A DNA stretch of 32,009 nucleotides, from positions 1 through 32,009 of the forward strand of contig JBEQBQ010000013.1 in assembly GCA_041639695.1 (NCBI GenBank), given 5' to 3'. The DNA comes from Candidatus Nanohaloarchaea archaeon. GTDB lineage: Archaea; Nanohalarchaeota; Nanosalinia; Nanosalinales; Nanosalinaceae. Under the pieces are notes generated by a model. It did no database searches. It had not been told where the DNA came from and saw only the letters and a program-made list of their open reading frames with translations. Shown one piece after another: positions 20,011-29,172 of the stretch. A program made the translations under genes and the position numbers. The first letter of the stretch is position 1. Every line of letters begins with the position of its first letter.

Positions 20011-20427
20011 TTATTTTAAAGATGTTATTACGTCTATAAACTCTTTTCTACCTTCCCAGTCAATAAATACGTCACAGGGCACTCTGTTACCAATAACTAG
20101 ATAAATTTTGTTAGGAAAATTTCTCATAAACTTTCTTGCTCTCTTTTTAGAAATATCGTTTGGCCATCCCTTTACCTCAATAACCACATTTCCAACTATG
20201 AAGTCTGGCGTGTAGGTTAGATTCTTTGAGAGTTCAAAAGTCTTAGACTCGTACTCATAATCCATGCCAGATTCATGCAACATCAAATCTATTTCCTTTT
20301 CCCAGTTTGATCTCACAGTGTGTCCTGTTTCATTTACCGTCTGGAATTTAAGACCTGATGCAACACCATAACTCGGATGATCTTTTCCAGTTACGCCATA
20401 TAATGGATGATTTTCTCCACCTAATGT
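20011..20427 (-). pseudogene. 5'-truncated endonuclease (NUMOD3-like repeats plus PD-(D/E)xK domain)
   Basis: The frame stays open upstream of GTG 20316: TLGGENHPLYGVTGKDHPSYG...GHTVRSNWE...YTPDF...IEVKGW. It is bounded by TAA at 20428-20430 with no start codon. Confidence 0.65.
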
Positions 20428-20633
20428 TTATTTTCACAGGGGTTCTCGCGTCTATCGCAGCCTTCGGGAAGACCAAGGATAATGGTCTAGCGAAGTACGG
20501 TGCAATAGGCTTCTTGGTTTCAGCACTTCTATTCGTCCCGCTTAGAACCAGTATATACCTACTGATGGCCTTTTTGTTCATTTACATGCTGCTCTATAGA
20601 GTTATAGTTGAAGATATAGAGCTGTTAAATTAA
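20424..20633 (+). CDS. Small membrane protein or fragment of one
   Basis: MFIFTGVLASIAAFG... with 2-3 hydrophobic helices; AT-rich. Confidence 0.4.
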   Translation: MFIFTGVLASIAAFGKTKDNGLAKYGAIGFLVSALLFVPLRTSIYLLMAFLFIYMLLYRVIVEDIELLN

Positions 20634-20646
20634 AGATAAGAAAGAT

Positions 20647-21555
20647 CTATTCTCCGGGTTCATGATAAACCACAACGTGGTTGCTGGAGTTGTTGAACGC
20701 GTATTCGTCCATCCATGTTCTAAGCGTTGCCATTTCTTCCTGTCTTTCTTCCTCCGGGATAACCATTCCATCCGGCAGCGCCTCTTGAGCTTCACCCGCA
20801 GTTAGAGTATAACCGTGTACCGGGTATCCTCCAACAAGGTTAGCTGCGTGTCTTTGTGCATCCTTCTCATCAATCCCGTCATGATCCTCGAGGATCGATG
20901 CGGCGTAATGCTCCATGGTTCTTGTCATCCTGAGTGCTTCTTCATACTCCAGGATATCCATTCTTTCCATCATGCTCTGTTCCGGGGCACTTGTTTCAGA
21001 TGGATGCTTGTTATCCCATTTTTCAAGCCATCTCTCGTATGATCCTGTAAGGTCGGTTGTGGAGTACTGTTCTCCGTTGCCATTAGCGATTTGGGGGTCT
21101 AACGGTCCGAGATCACTCATTTCGCCCATGACTATTGTTTCTCCTGTCAAAGACACTAGTGTTCCTCCCGACTTAGCAAAGTGGGGCACGTAGGTCTCTA
21201 CCGTATCGAAGTTATTGTTTATGGATCGGGCTATTTTGTTTGCCGAACCTATCCTGCCACCAGGACTGTTTATAACTAGTTTGAGATCGTCAACATCGGA
21301 GTCGATGTTTTTGAGTGCATCCTCGACGGATCGCTCGTCAAAACGTGTGAAGCTTGCTCTCTTCGCTTGGTTTGCTGAGACTTTTTCAGCGCCATACGGC
21401 GCTGTTATCTGGAGTGCTGCCTCATCTTCATCTAAAATGTTTTCGAGCTTGGCCCTGTTTTCTTCTTTAGGTTCTGGGCCCGAAGGCGTAGAAAGGTGTC
21501 CGCTCTGTTCCAGCAGTCCGATAAGGTCTTCGTCTCTACGGTTAGATCTGTTCAT
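20647..21555 (-). CDS. SDH-family ClpP/crotonase-fold serine protease
   Basis: INSPGG, VPHFAKSGGTL (catalytic Ser), LGPLDPQ and YPVHG motifs. Confidence 0.88.
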   Translation of the reverse strand: MNRSNRRDEDLIGLLEQSGHLSTPSGPEPKEENRAKLENILDEDEAALQITAPYGAEKVSANQAKRASFTRFDERSVEDALKNIDSDVDDLKLVINSPGGRIGSANKIARSINNNFDTVETYVPHFAKSGGTLVSLTGETIVMGEMSDLGPLDPQIANGNGEQYSTTDLTGSYERWLEKWDNKHPSETSAPEQSMMERMDILEYEEALRMTRTMEHYAASILEDHDGIDEKDAQRHAANLVGGYPVHGYTLTAGEAQEALPDGMVIPEEERQEEMATLRTWMDEYAFNNSSNHVVVYHEPGE

Positions 21556-21578
21556 GTAATTGTTTAGTGACAAAAAAG

Positions 21579-21644
21579 ATTTAAGCATGTCCTAAAAGGA
21601 CAGTTCTAGAACTCTGAATCTCAATAATATAACTCTTAGTTATA
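21579..21644. promoter_or_regulatory. Divergent promoter region with three palindromes
   Basis: TATA-like elements about 25 nt from each ATG; TGTCCT-N3-AGGACA (21588-21602), AGTTCTAGAACT (21602-21613), TATAACT-N3-AGTTATA (21628-21644). Confidence 0.55.
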
Positions 21645-21655
21645 CTCCTGTACAC

Positions 21656-22357
21656 ATGGGGGATTGGGGAGAAGAGTTCAACGCACTTCTAAACGGCGAG
21701 GAGCCGGATATCAGAAATCCGGGCGATATCTCCCTTGTTCTTGACCGAGAAAACGATTACTGGCACCCCTCACAGGTAAGAGAAGTTGATAAACAAGAGA
21801 CAATCGAAAGGGAGTATGCCACAAACATGAACAAGGCGATCGCAACAGCTTACGAGCAGCATTTTGCCGATGACTTCCAATCAGAAAAAGCTGACAGAGC
21901 TCACATGGATGTCCGGCTAACCTTTACTCCTAAAGCCCAGAACTGGCCGGTTCAGGTAAAATCATGCAACTATTTCAGGAAAGCCGGTGATCGAGTGAGA
22001 ACAGGTTCTTACAAGTTCAGGAAACAGGACTACGAGAATATGGAAGAAAAATCCTTTCTGCAGTTTTACGTCGGACAGACCTTTTTCGACAACACCAGGG
22101 ATTTTGAGGGAGAGGTTATCCGTGTGGAAAACGATGAGGGTAGAGAGGCCTACGTTGAGAAGCTGGGGCAGATGCTTGTACCTAAACATGTTTTCGACCA
22201 GTACTTCGAGCCGGACTGGAACAGGGGCGATGAGTGGAATCTTCAGTGGACGGAAGTGTTTGGCGAGGTTCCGGCGGAAAGCCCGATCTTCGAGTTCACT
22301 TTTGAGAACTATTCAGAGCTTAATGATGAACGGAATTATATATTGACCGACTTTTAG
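21656..22357 (+). CDS. PD-(D/E)xK superfamily nuclease, QxK variant (paralog A)
   Basis: AYE...HMDVRL...PVQVKS motif arrangement. Confidence 0.7.
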   Translation: MGDWGEEFNALLNGEEPDIRNPGDISLVLDRENDYWHPSQVREVDKQETIEREYATNMNKAIATAYEQHFADDFQSEKADRAHMDVRLTFTPKAQNWPVQVKSCNYFRKAGDRVRTGSYKFRKQDYENMEEKSFLQFYVGQTFFDNTRDFEGEVIRVENDEGREAYVEKLGQMLVPKHVFDQYFEPDWNRGDEWNLQWTEVFGEVPAESPIFEFTFENYSELNDERNYILTDF

Positions 22358-22411
22358 CTTCATGAAGCCGACCGGCCCAGTTAATAAATTTTTACTGTCA
22401 AGTTACAACGT

Positions 22412-23506
22412 ATGTCTGAGCTTGAGGTCGTAAGGGATATACTTGGGAAAGAAAAGGCGGAAGAGCTGGAAGAAGCCAGAAAGAATAAAGCAGATATCAC
22501 CGATGAAGAACGTAAAAGAATTCGGAATACCAATAGAGCACTTGAATATGCTACAGAAGCTTTAGAAGATCCAGAACAAGAGTTCGAACCATCAACCGCC
22601 ACCATTCTATGGGACGGAGGTGAACCCGAAAAACTCCACTCGCTGTTCTCGAAACAACGTATAGTAAGCGCGATGGTGGAGGACATGCGGGACGTCCGTC
22701 AAGGCAACTACGATGGTAACAATTGGAGCGGGGCTGAGCTGATCGAGAGTTTCCAACCTCACGTCGTATCAGAAAACCATCCATTAAGCAGGATGGCAGC
22801 TATTGAACTTGACAACGATTACGACTCAGAACTATTCTCTAAAAAGGAAGAGATAGGAGAATGGTTCAAACAGATTAGAAGCAACTTCCATAAAATACAC
22901 AAAGAAGACGGCTTACTGAGAGATTACGATCCGAAAGAGCTTCGTGAAGAGGATGGAGACATTAGAGAGATGGCTGAAGAAGCCTATGATTCTAGAACCC
23001 TTGAAATTCCTGAGGTCTCAGACCCAACTTCTAGAGAACTCCTAAGATTTCTGGTAGAGGACCGCATCCATCTCTCACAACCCGATGAGAACCTCGGAAG
23101 TAATACAAAAAACGAATATGAGACAGAAAGAACTTTAGAAACCGAACATTCGAGGATTAACTGGGAGAAATTCAGTGAAAGATACGGATCTGTGCCGGAT
23201 GAGGAAAAGAGGGAACTTTATGAAGCCGCCGCTAAATATCAGGACGAGGACAGTACAATCGATCCTGACCTTCTTGGAAGAATCACGGCTGATGTAAACG
23301 GCAGGGATGTCGAATATAAAGCGGAGGAAAAAGATCTAGCTGAAAACTTTGGAGAGCTAAAGCGTGCAGTAGCACAGGTCGAAGAGCTTGACTTTATTCT
23401 GCCTGTAAACGAAAAGAAAACAAAGCTAAGAACCATAACAAGAACAATTCAGAACACACAAGAATTCTACGAAACAGAAACCTATAAAGTAAAACGGAAG
23501 ACCTGA
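22412..23506 (+). CDS. Hypothetical 364-aa acidic, largely helical protein
   Basis: Long ORF with native composition and no recognised motif. Confidence 0.7.
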   Translation: MSELEVVRDILGKEKAEELEEARKNKADITDEERKRIRNTNRALEYATEALEDPEQEFEPSTATILWDGGEPEKLHSLFSKQRIVSAMVEDMRDVRQGNYDGNNWSGAELIESFQPHVVSENHPLSRMAAIELDNDYDSELFSKKEEIGEWFKQIRSNFHKIHKEDGLLRDYDPKELREEDGDIREMAEEAYDSRTLEIPEVSDPTSRELLRFLVEDRIHLSQPDENLGSNTKNEYETERTLETEHSRINWEKFSERYGSVPDEEKRELYEAAAKYQDEDSTIDPDLLGRITADVNGRDVEYKAEEKDLAENFGELKRAVAQVEELDFILPVNEKKTKLRTITRTIQNTQEFYETETYKVKRKT

Positions 23507-23554
23507 TAACGCTCCCTTAAATAATTCGTATTCATTAAATCTGATTTAGAGAAG

Positions 23555-24346
23555 GTGATAGCTCTGTTAACAGAAAAGCAAAACGAAAAGCCTGAAAACT
23601 TTATATACGAAGTTTTTGGAGCTTTAGGCGGCGAACCCAAAAGCTATCATCCACGTTTCTATGTAAATGAATGGGCAGATGCGGCGCACGACCCTCTAGT
23701 TAAACACCCTGAGAATGTTGAGAATGACTGGTTTAGACCTAATCTTGAACCTGTAACCCAGAAAATCAACAATGCCCACGAAAACTATCTTGCTGAGAAT
23801 TTTGATATGGAGAGAATGGATGGCAGAGGAAGCTACAGTTCCGACCTGTTGAACCAAGACGAGTTGAATCAGGCGAAAGAGGTAGACCTAGTCGTAACTG
23901 AAGGTCCTTTCAAAGACACCTTGGTTCAAGCCAAATCCGCGGCCTTGAGAGTGACTAGAGGCAATAGAGCTGCGGGAGGACATAAAAGCACTCCGGGTGG
24001 TATCTACATGAGAAACAACCTAGAGGCGTTGAGAGATGACTGGGACCAGAACGCAGTACTTTATGCCTCAATCCACTACCCGAGAACGGAATTTGAAGAA
24101 GAACTTCCTGTTCCAACTGTTGAAGTTGTTTCTGAGGAAGATGATGAGCTCGGTAATGGAAAGCTTGAAACCGCGTACGTAGGAGATTTCGTTATACCGG
24201 TAGGAAGAGTGCTTGAAGAAGTTGAGTTTTATCCAAGCGGGTACCGGAACTGGGAGTGGCCTAATGCTTTAGGAGAAAGTCCTGACCCCGATTATCTTGT
24301 GGAGAAATGGCACGAGGACTCGTTTATCGAGAGATCTCTTCGATGA
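23555..24346 (+). CDS. PD-(D/E)xK superfamily nuclease, QxK variant (paralog B)
   Basis: AHE...EVDLVV...LVQAKS; aligns by eye with 21656-22357. Confidence 0.7.
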   Translation: MIALLTEKQNEKPENFIYEVFGALGGEPKSYHPRFYVNEWADAAHDPLVKHPENVENDWFRPNLEPVTQKINNAHENYLAENFDMERMDGRGSYSSDLLNQDELNQAKEVDLVVTEGPFKDTLVQAKSAALRVTRGNRAAGGHKSTPGGIYMRNNLEALRDDWDQNAVLYASIHYPRTEFEEELPVPTVEVVSEEDDELGNGKLETAYVGDFVIPVGRVLEEVEFYPSGYRNWEWPNALGESPDPDYLVEKWHEDSFIERSLR

Positions 24347-25244
24347 TCTGTTTCCTGTAAAATTCTTTCTCATCCTCATCAAGTACTTCAAGCTCAATCA
24401 TGCTGGCGACCAGCCAGACCAAGGTCTCGATCCTGTAAAGTCTTTCTTTCTCTTCGAACTCCTCGATCTCCCGCACTTCTCTATAACCTTCATAGAACTT
24501 TTCTCTAATGTTCCAGTCGGCGCCGGGATCGTAGGTCCAGAAGCAGTTCGCGGAATGAGTTAAGTCCCGCAAAGCGTAGGAGGAATGTACATAATCAAAA
24601 TCGATGACACCGGTCACTTCTCCGTCCTGCCAGAGAAGGTTATCCGGACTGAAATCCGCATGACACAGAACAGGTTCAAAGTCTTCAACGAACTCGTCCC
24701 TATTCGCCTCAAAGAAGTTCTCTATTCTATGGACGAGGTCTTCCCAGCCTTCTTGGCGGAAAACATCCAACTTGTCCTCCAGCTCATCAAAAGTTCTTTG
24801 TTTCAAACTCCCTTGATCGAACTCATACAGTTTCTGTTCCTCTAGATCGACCCAACCTTCGTGTTCAAAGCCTGCCTGTTTGTGAAGTTTCGCCAACATC
24901 TTTCCGGACTCCCTGACCCTTTCAGCAGTGATGTTTTTCTCAATAGTTTTCCCGGGAAGCTTATCTACAATCATGTAAGGCCTTCCCTCAAATTCGTTGA
25001 TTTTCCCGGTTATCAGACCTGGAACCGGTACATCCGAGTTCTGGAGAAACTTGTAGGCATCCAAGTTGTTTTCTAGGTTGCCCTCCGCATTCTCCGATTC
25101 ACCTTCGAACTGGAGGATATAGTCTTTTTCAGAGGTTTCAAGACTGTAAGTCTCGTGCATCAACCCTTTGCTTATCTCCTTTACTTCCTCCACTTTATTC
25201 GGCAAATGTTTCTCTGCTAGTTCTTTGATTTCAGTTGTTTCCAT
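24324..25244 (-). CDS. Aminoglycoside-phosphotransferase (APH/choline kinase) family protein
   Basis: LAKLH, LCHADFSPDNLL and GVIDFD motifs. Confidence 0.9.
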   Translation of the reverse strand: METTEIKELAEKHLPNKVEEVKEISKGLMHETYSLETSEKDYILQFEGESENAEGNLENNLDAYKFLQNSDVPVPGLITGKINEFEGRPYMIVDKLPGKTIEKNITAERVRESGKMLAKLHKQAGFEHEGWVDLEEQKLYEFDQGSLKQRTFDELEDKLDVFRQEGWEDLVHRIENFFEANRDEFVEDFEPVLCHADFSPDNLLWQDGEVTGVIDFDYVHSSYALRDLTHSANCFWTYDPGADWNIREKFYEGYREVREIEEFEEKERLYRIETLVWLVASMIELEVLDEDEKEFYRKQIIEEISR

Positions 25245-25322
25245 GTAACTTAACCGGCATAACACAGGTTTTAAGCCTTCAGTTCGTACGGGTTAAAAGA
25301 ACACGGGTCTTAACCTAGAGAC

Positions 25323-25859
25323 ATGATACGAACAAAAGGAAACCACACTATAGAAGATCTTATAAGAGGTTCATGGATTGACGAGGTAGATGCTCCGAAC
25401 GGTTATTCATGGAGTTCGCTCGACAGAATAGAAAACCAGGATGGCCATATAGGGAGTGTATCGGAGTTGAACAGTCAGCATCCTGATGCGATGAAGAGCG
25501 GGGCCAAGGTAGTCTCCAGCATGAACGAGTATCTAGATGGCCTACCTGCACATGCAAGCTGGGAACCTCAACGTATTGAGTCATCAGAAATGGATGGTAG
25601 AGTTAACTACACTTTAGGCATGGCTGTAAGCCCTGATACGGAGGTTTTTGAAACAACTTTGGATCAAGAAGGTTACAGGCCTTTCGCCGATTCATCCTGG
25701 GAAAGGTTTACCATGAACCTGCTAAGTTTGATAGATTCTAAAGCTGCAGATACCAAAGCTTGGGAAAAAGCTAATAGAGAGCTTTCAGGAAACGAATGGC
25801 GGATTAAAGGTGTTGTCGATCAAGGAATTTACGAAGATATAATCGATGAGGACTACTGA
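25323..25859 (+). CDS. Hypothetical protein
   Basis: Acidic ORF with an upstream TTAAAA box. Confidence 0.6.
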   Translation: MIRTKGNHTIEDLIRGSWIDEVDAPNGYSWSSLDRIENQDGHIGSVSELNSQHPDAMKSGAKVVSSMNEYLDGLPAHASWEPQRIESSEMDGRVNYTLGMAVSPDTEVFETTLDQEGYRPFADSSWERFTMNLLSLIDSKAADTKAWEKANRELSGNEWRIKGVVDQGIYEDIIDEDY

Positions 25860-26542
25860 GTACTGATCCACCTTTCCATTTCCTCATCGCCCGATAAATG
25901 CTCTCTCCAGAATTCTTCATCGCCATAGTCTCTATCTATATCCCGCTCTAGTTCCCTATCAAGTATTGCCCTCCGTGTATCATCTTTAACTTGCTTGGAG
26001 GTCTTATCTTCCATATCGAAATGCCTAATTAAAGTAGGCTCTACAGTCTTCTGGCGATCCGTCCAGTGAGAATAACTTTCCTGACCCTCGAAAAGTCTCC
26101 AAGGCTCTTCTTCCCTCAGATGCATAAGCCTTCCGATAGGTGGATAATCCTCTATTTCATCAACTATCTCCTGTCCTTCAAAGCCGAACGATCTCCAAGC
26201 GGTCTTGTAGGCTTCTTCCCAGCGAGAAGGAATATTTCCTATCATTTTTTCTGTTCTATCAAGTTTGTACCAGTTTTCAGCAGCTTGAGGATTTTCAAGC
26301 TCTTCCTCAGCTTTTCTTCTGACTATTGATGGAAAATCTGATACGTGGAGATTGTTTGAAACGTATTCTGCGGACGATTCCAAGGTTTCAGGGTCAAAAC
26401 TATAGTTATCTAAGCCCTGGACCTGATCTGCCAGAGTATTCATTTCCTCGTCGAGATCCAGACATATAACGTATAATTTGTCTATGGCTTTCTCAAGCCC
26501 TCCTACTGTGCCATACTCCAGCACCTCATTTTCCGAAACCAT
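25853..26542 (-). CDS. Hypothetical protein
   Basis: Acidic ORF with an upstream AT-rich promoter-like sequence. Confidence 0.65.
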   Translation of the reverse strand: MVSENEVLEYGTVGGLEKAIDKLYVICLDLDEEMNTLADQVQGLDNYSFDPETLESSAEYVSNNLHVSDFPSIVRRKAEEELENPQAAENWYKLDRTEKMIGNIPSRWEEAYKTAWRSFGFEGQEIVDEIEDYPPIGRLMHLREEEPWRLFEGQESYSHWTDRQKTVEPTLIRHFDMEDKTSKQVKDDTRRAILDRELERDIDRDYGDEEFWREHLSGDEEMERWISTQ

Positions 26543-26590
26543 AACTATTATTTAGTAGCAAAATATTTATTTGAGGACGCTCTGTGCTTT

Positions 26591-26923
26591 TTAAAGACTG
26601 ATACTTGTATCCTCGATCTTCTCTACAACAGGATCCGGATCATACGAATACCCGGCCCAGTCATAGAACTCAGGGTCAACCTCCTCCCTATCTTTACGTC
26701 TTTCCTCAATCATGCACTCCTCAAGGACCTTAGAAGCCTCATCCTCAAGATCGTAATGTGCCAAAACATAGGTTGCCGGCTCTCGTTCCATCTCAACAGA
26801 TACAATAAACTGTGAAAACTTCACTAGGCTCTGAATTTCTGTTTCCAAACTCCGGAAAAACATGTGATCGGGATTATTCCTCTGGTAACCTGTGTAGGTC
26901 CGTATCCGATCCTCGAAGTACAC
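26591..26923 (-). CDS. Hypothetical protein (start uncertain)
   Basis: Acidic C-terminal half; GTG start. Confidence 0.45.
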   Translation of the reverse strand: MYFEDRIRTYTGYQRNNPDHMFFRSLETEIQSLVKFSQFIVSVEMEREPATYVLAHYDLEDEASKVLEECMIEERRKDREEVDPEFYDWAGYSYDPDPVVEKIEDTSISL

Positions 26924-27147
26924 AGACTAAAATTTGATCTCAAACTTTAAACCGAATACCTGCTTTTAGTACAGATCTCCGCCTTCAGAAACCTTCTTAT
27001 CAGGACTGATCAGCACACGATTTCCGTCTTTCAGGACGATTCTGATGTTGAACCGCCAAGAGTTATGTCGGACGATGAGATACGTGAGAGGATTGAGGAC
27101 GGTTAACATAATTTAAAGCTGAGGTTAGACAGTTTCTACAGTAAGTA

Positions 27148-27277
27148 GGGGTCGTAGCTCAACTTGGGAGAGCGTCCGCCTCCAGAAACTTTTCTGGAGG
27201 GATGAGGCTTTCAGCCGATGATTAACCCTTTTATTGGAGACAGCGGAAGGTTGCGGGTTCAAATCCCTCCGACCCCA
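27148..27277 (+). tRNA. tRNA-Trp(CCA) with a 56-nt intron at 37/38 (27186-27241)
   Basis: Acceptor stem GGGGTCG/CGACCCC; anticodon stem TCCGC/GCGGA around CT CCA G|A; intron 3' end TTGGAGAC forms a BHB motif; one C-T mismatch in the T stem. Confidence 0.93.
27186..27241 (+). ncRNA. Intron-encoded minimal box C'/D' guide RNA for Cm34 of tRNA-Trp
   Basis: Guide TTTCTGGAGG is complementary to CCTCCAGAAA; D'-like ATGA; GGCT/AGCC hairpin; C'-like ATGATTA. Confidence 0.7.
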
Positions 27278-27320
27278 AACATATTCTTTTCAAGAAAATA
27301 AAAGAAGGAAGAAGTGCTTT

Positions 27321-27605
27321 TTAGTTGGCGAACGCTAGTAGCGTCGAGACATACGATGCAGCGAGTACTGCCGCCAACAAGGTAAGCAGTGAGATCGCCT
27401 CAGTAAGCTCTTTCCAGTCGCCTTCAAGCATGTCCGCAATTGTCGCAGACACGAAGCTGACTGCGGCCATTACAGCGACACCGAGAAGTGTTCCTGCATA
27501 GCTTGGGTCAAGCGATAATGCGAAGGCGGAAAGTATTGTGAAACCATAGAATATTGGTTTCGCGACCTCGACCGTTTTTTCTGTCGAAATAAACTCGTCT
27601 TTCAT
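27321..27605 (-). CDS. Small three-TM membrane protein
   Basis: Three hydrophobic helices. Confidence 0.6.
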   Translation of the reverse strand: MKDEFISTEKTVEVAKPIFYGFTILSAFALSLDPSYAGTLLGVAVMAAVSFVSATIADMLEGDWKELTEAISLLTLLAAVLAASYVSTLLAFAN

Positions 27606-27652
27606 CACAACAAACTCCTATAAAACATTCAACTTGGTTAAATAAAAGTACC

Positions 27653-28606
27653 GTGATTCATGAAAAGGACGGCATCCACATAAACACGAGTGAGAAGATC
27701 GTGGCGGACGCGAGAAGTGCCAGAGGCGACATAAACTTTGTCTCGCATGCACACGCGGACCACGCCGCGAAGAAAGACGGTGAGTTCATCTGCTCCGAAC
27801 TTACACGGAAGATACTATCCGAAAGATTCGATGTAGAGATCCAAAAACAGCAAAACGATAGAATAGAGCTTATTAACTCCGGACACATCATAGGATCTAC
27901 CTCAGCCCTTATAGACCAAGAAATCCTTTACACAGGAGATTTTTCGCCGAGAGACAGGCTTTATCTAGACGGTTTCCGGCCTGTAAAAGCCGAGAAACTG
28001 GTTATGGAGACGACCTATGGAATACCGGCCTACAGGTTTCCAGACCAAGAAGAGGTAGAAAACAGAGTTAAGGACTGGATACAGGACAACACCGGTCCAT
28101 TAGTACTGTTTGGCTACTCGTTGGGTAAAGCACAGAAAGTACAGCAGATAGCACAGAAAGCTACAGACCGGGAAATTATTGCACACGGAGCCGTCAAAAA
28201 CATGAACGAAGTAATAGAGAAACATACAGAACTAGATTTCAGGGCCAAACCATACGGAAAGAACAAAGACTTACTTGAAGATGACGGGATACTGATCGCG
28301 CCTTCCAGAAGCTCGAAAGCCGACTGGATACAGAAACTTGTGGACAAATACGGTGTGAAGAAAGCCGGTTTCTCCGGATGGGCAAACACCGACTCATACA
28401 AGTATAGAGGCGGTTACGATGAAACTTTCGTTCTTTCCGACCACGCCGACTTCGATGAATTAGTGGAAACAGTCGAAAACGTTAATCCGGAAAAAGTGTA
28501 CACGCACCACGGCTTTGACGAAGAGTTCGCATCATACCTGAAGAGGGAGAAAGGTATCGATGCACGGGCTTTGAAGAACAACCAGTCAAGCCTTACAGAT
28601 TTCTAA
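27653..28606 (+). CDS. Metallo-beta-lactamase/beta-CASP nuclease
   Basis: SHAHADH, SGHIIGS, YTGDF, ETTYG, YSLGKAQ, SDHADF and HG motifs. Confidence 0.92.
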   Translation: MIHEKDGIHINTSEKIVADARSARGDINFVSHAHADHAAKKDGEFICSELTRKILSERFDVEIQKQQNDRIELINSGHIIGSTSALIDQEILYTGDFSPRDRLYLDGFRPVKAEKLVMETTYGIPAYRFPDQEEVENRVKDWIQDNTGPLVLFGYSLGKAQKVQQIAQKATDREIIAHGAVKNMNEVIEKHTELDFRAKPYGKNKDLLEDDGILIAPSRSSKADWIQKLVDKYGVKKAGFSGWANTDSYKYRGGYDETFVLSDHADFDELVETVENVNPEKVYTHHGFDEEFASYLKREKGIDARALKNNQSSLTDF

Positions 28607-28645
28607 AGCTTCACGAATATATTATTTTACGAGAAACGATAATAC

Positions 28646-29170
28646 ATGACTGAAGGTAGCTATGAAGTTAGCCCTGAAGATTTAAGGGCTCGAATAAAAG
28701 ATCCCCTAACCACATTTCCTAACTCCAAAAAGGTTTACATGGAGGCTGTTAGCTCCACACAACTTGATGATTCTGTGATGGAAGAACAATATGAATTATT
28801 CGGTATGGGGCCGGATTTAACCAGTTTTTACAAGAGAATGTGTCTTGACGAGGGCGCGGATCCAGGTAACGACTACGTAGGGAAGTCATGGGGTAGCTTG
28901 ATCCGACATAGGCAGGAAGCACTTGGAGAGGTCAGAACTGCCCTGTTAGGTTTAGCTGATCTTTCTCAGGAGATCGAAAAGGAGGCCGCCGATCTACAGA
29001 GCCCTGCGGGCTTCACCGATTCAGGGGTTCCAGGAGAACCGTCGACCCTCGAAAGCTTTTTCGAATCCTACAAGGACGAAAACGAAAGATACGCCGAAGC
29101 GGATGAAGCTCTGGAACTAACGGAACAGGAGATCAACAACTTCAACGACACACTGCGCAGACTGAGCTAG
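28646..29170 (+). CDS. Hypothetical protein
   Basis: Acidic helical ORF. Confidence 0.6.
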   Translation: MTEGSYEVSPEDLRARIKDPLTTFPNSKKVYMEAVSSTQLDDSVMEEQYELFGMGPDLTSFYKRMCLDEGADPGNDYVGKSWGSLIRHRQEALGEVRTALLGLADLSQEIEKEAADLQSPAGFTDSGVPGEPSTLESFFESYKDENERYAEADEALELTEQEINNFNDTLRRLS

Positions 29171-29172
29171 GT

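Noticed and set aside
24324-25244. Antibiotic-resistance gene, or kinase component of the nuclease locus
   Set aside because: APH-fold kinases are widespread with unknown substrates; it is convergent with the nuclease genes and nothing else links them.
26951-27107. Short open frame (...ISAFRNLLIRTDQH...RERIEDG*) reminiscent of a HEPN fragment
   Set aside because: No convincing start codon and the Rx4H motif is not met; unsupported.
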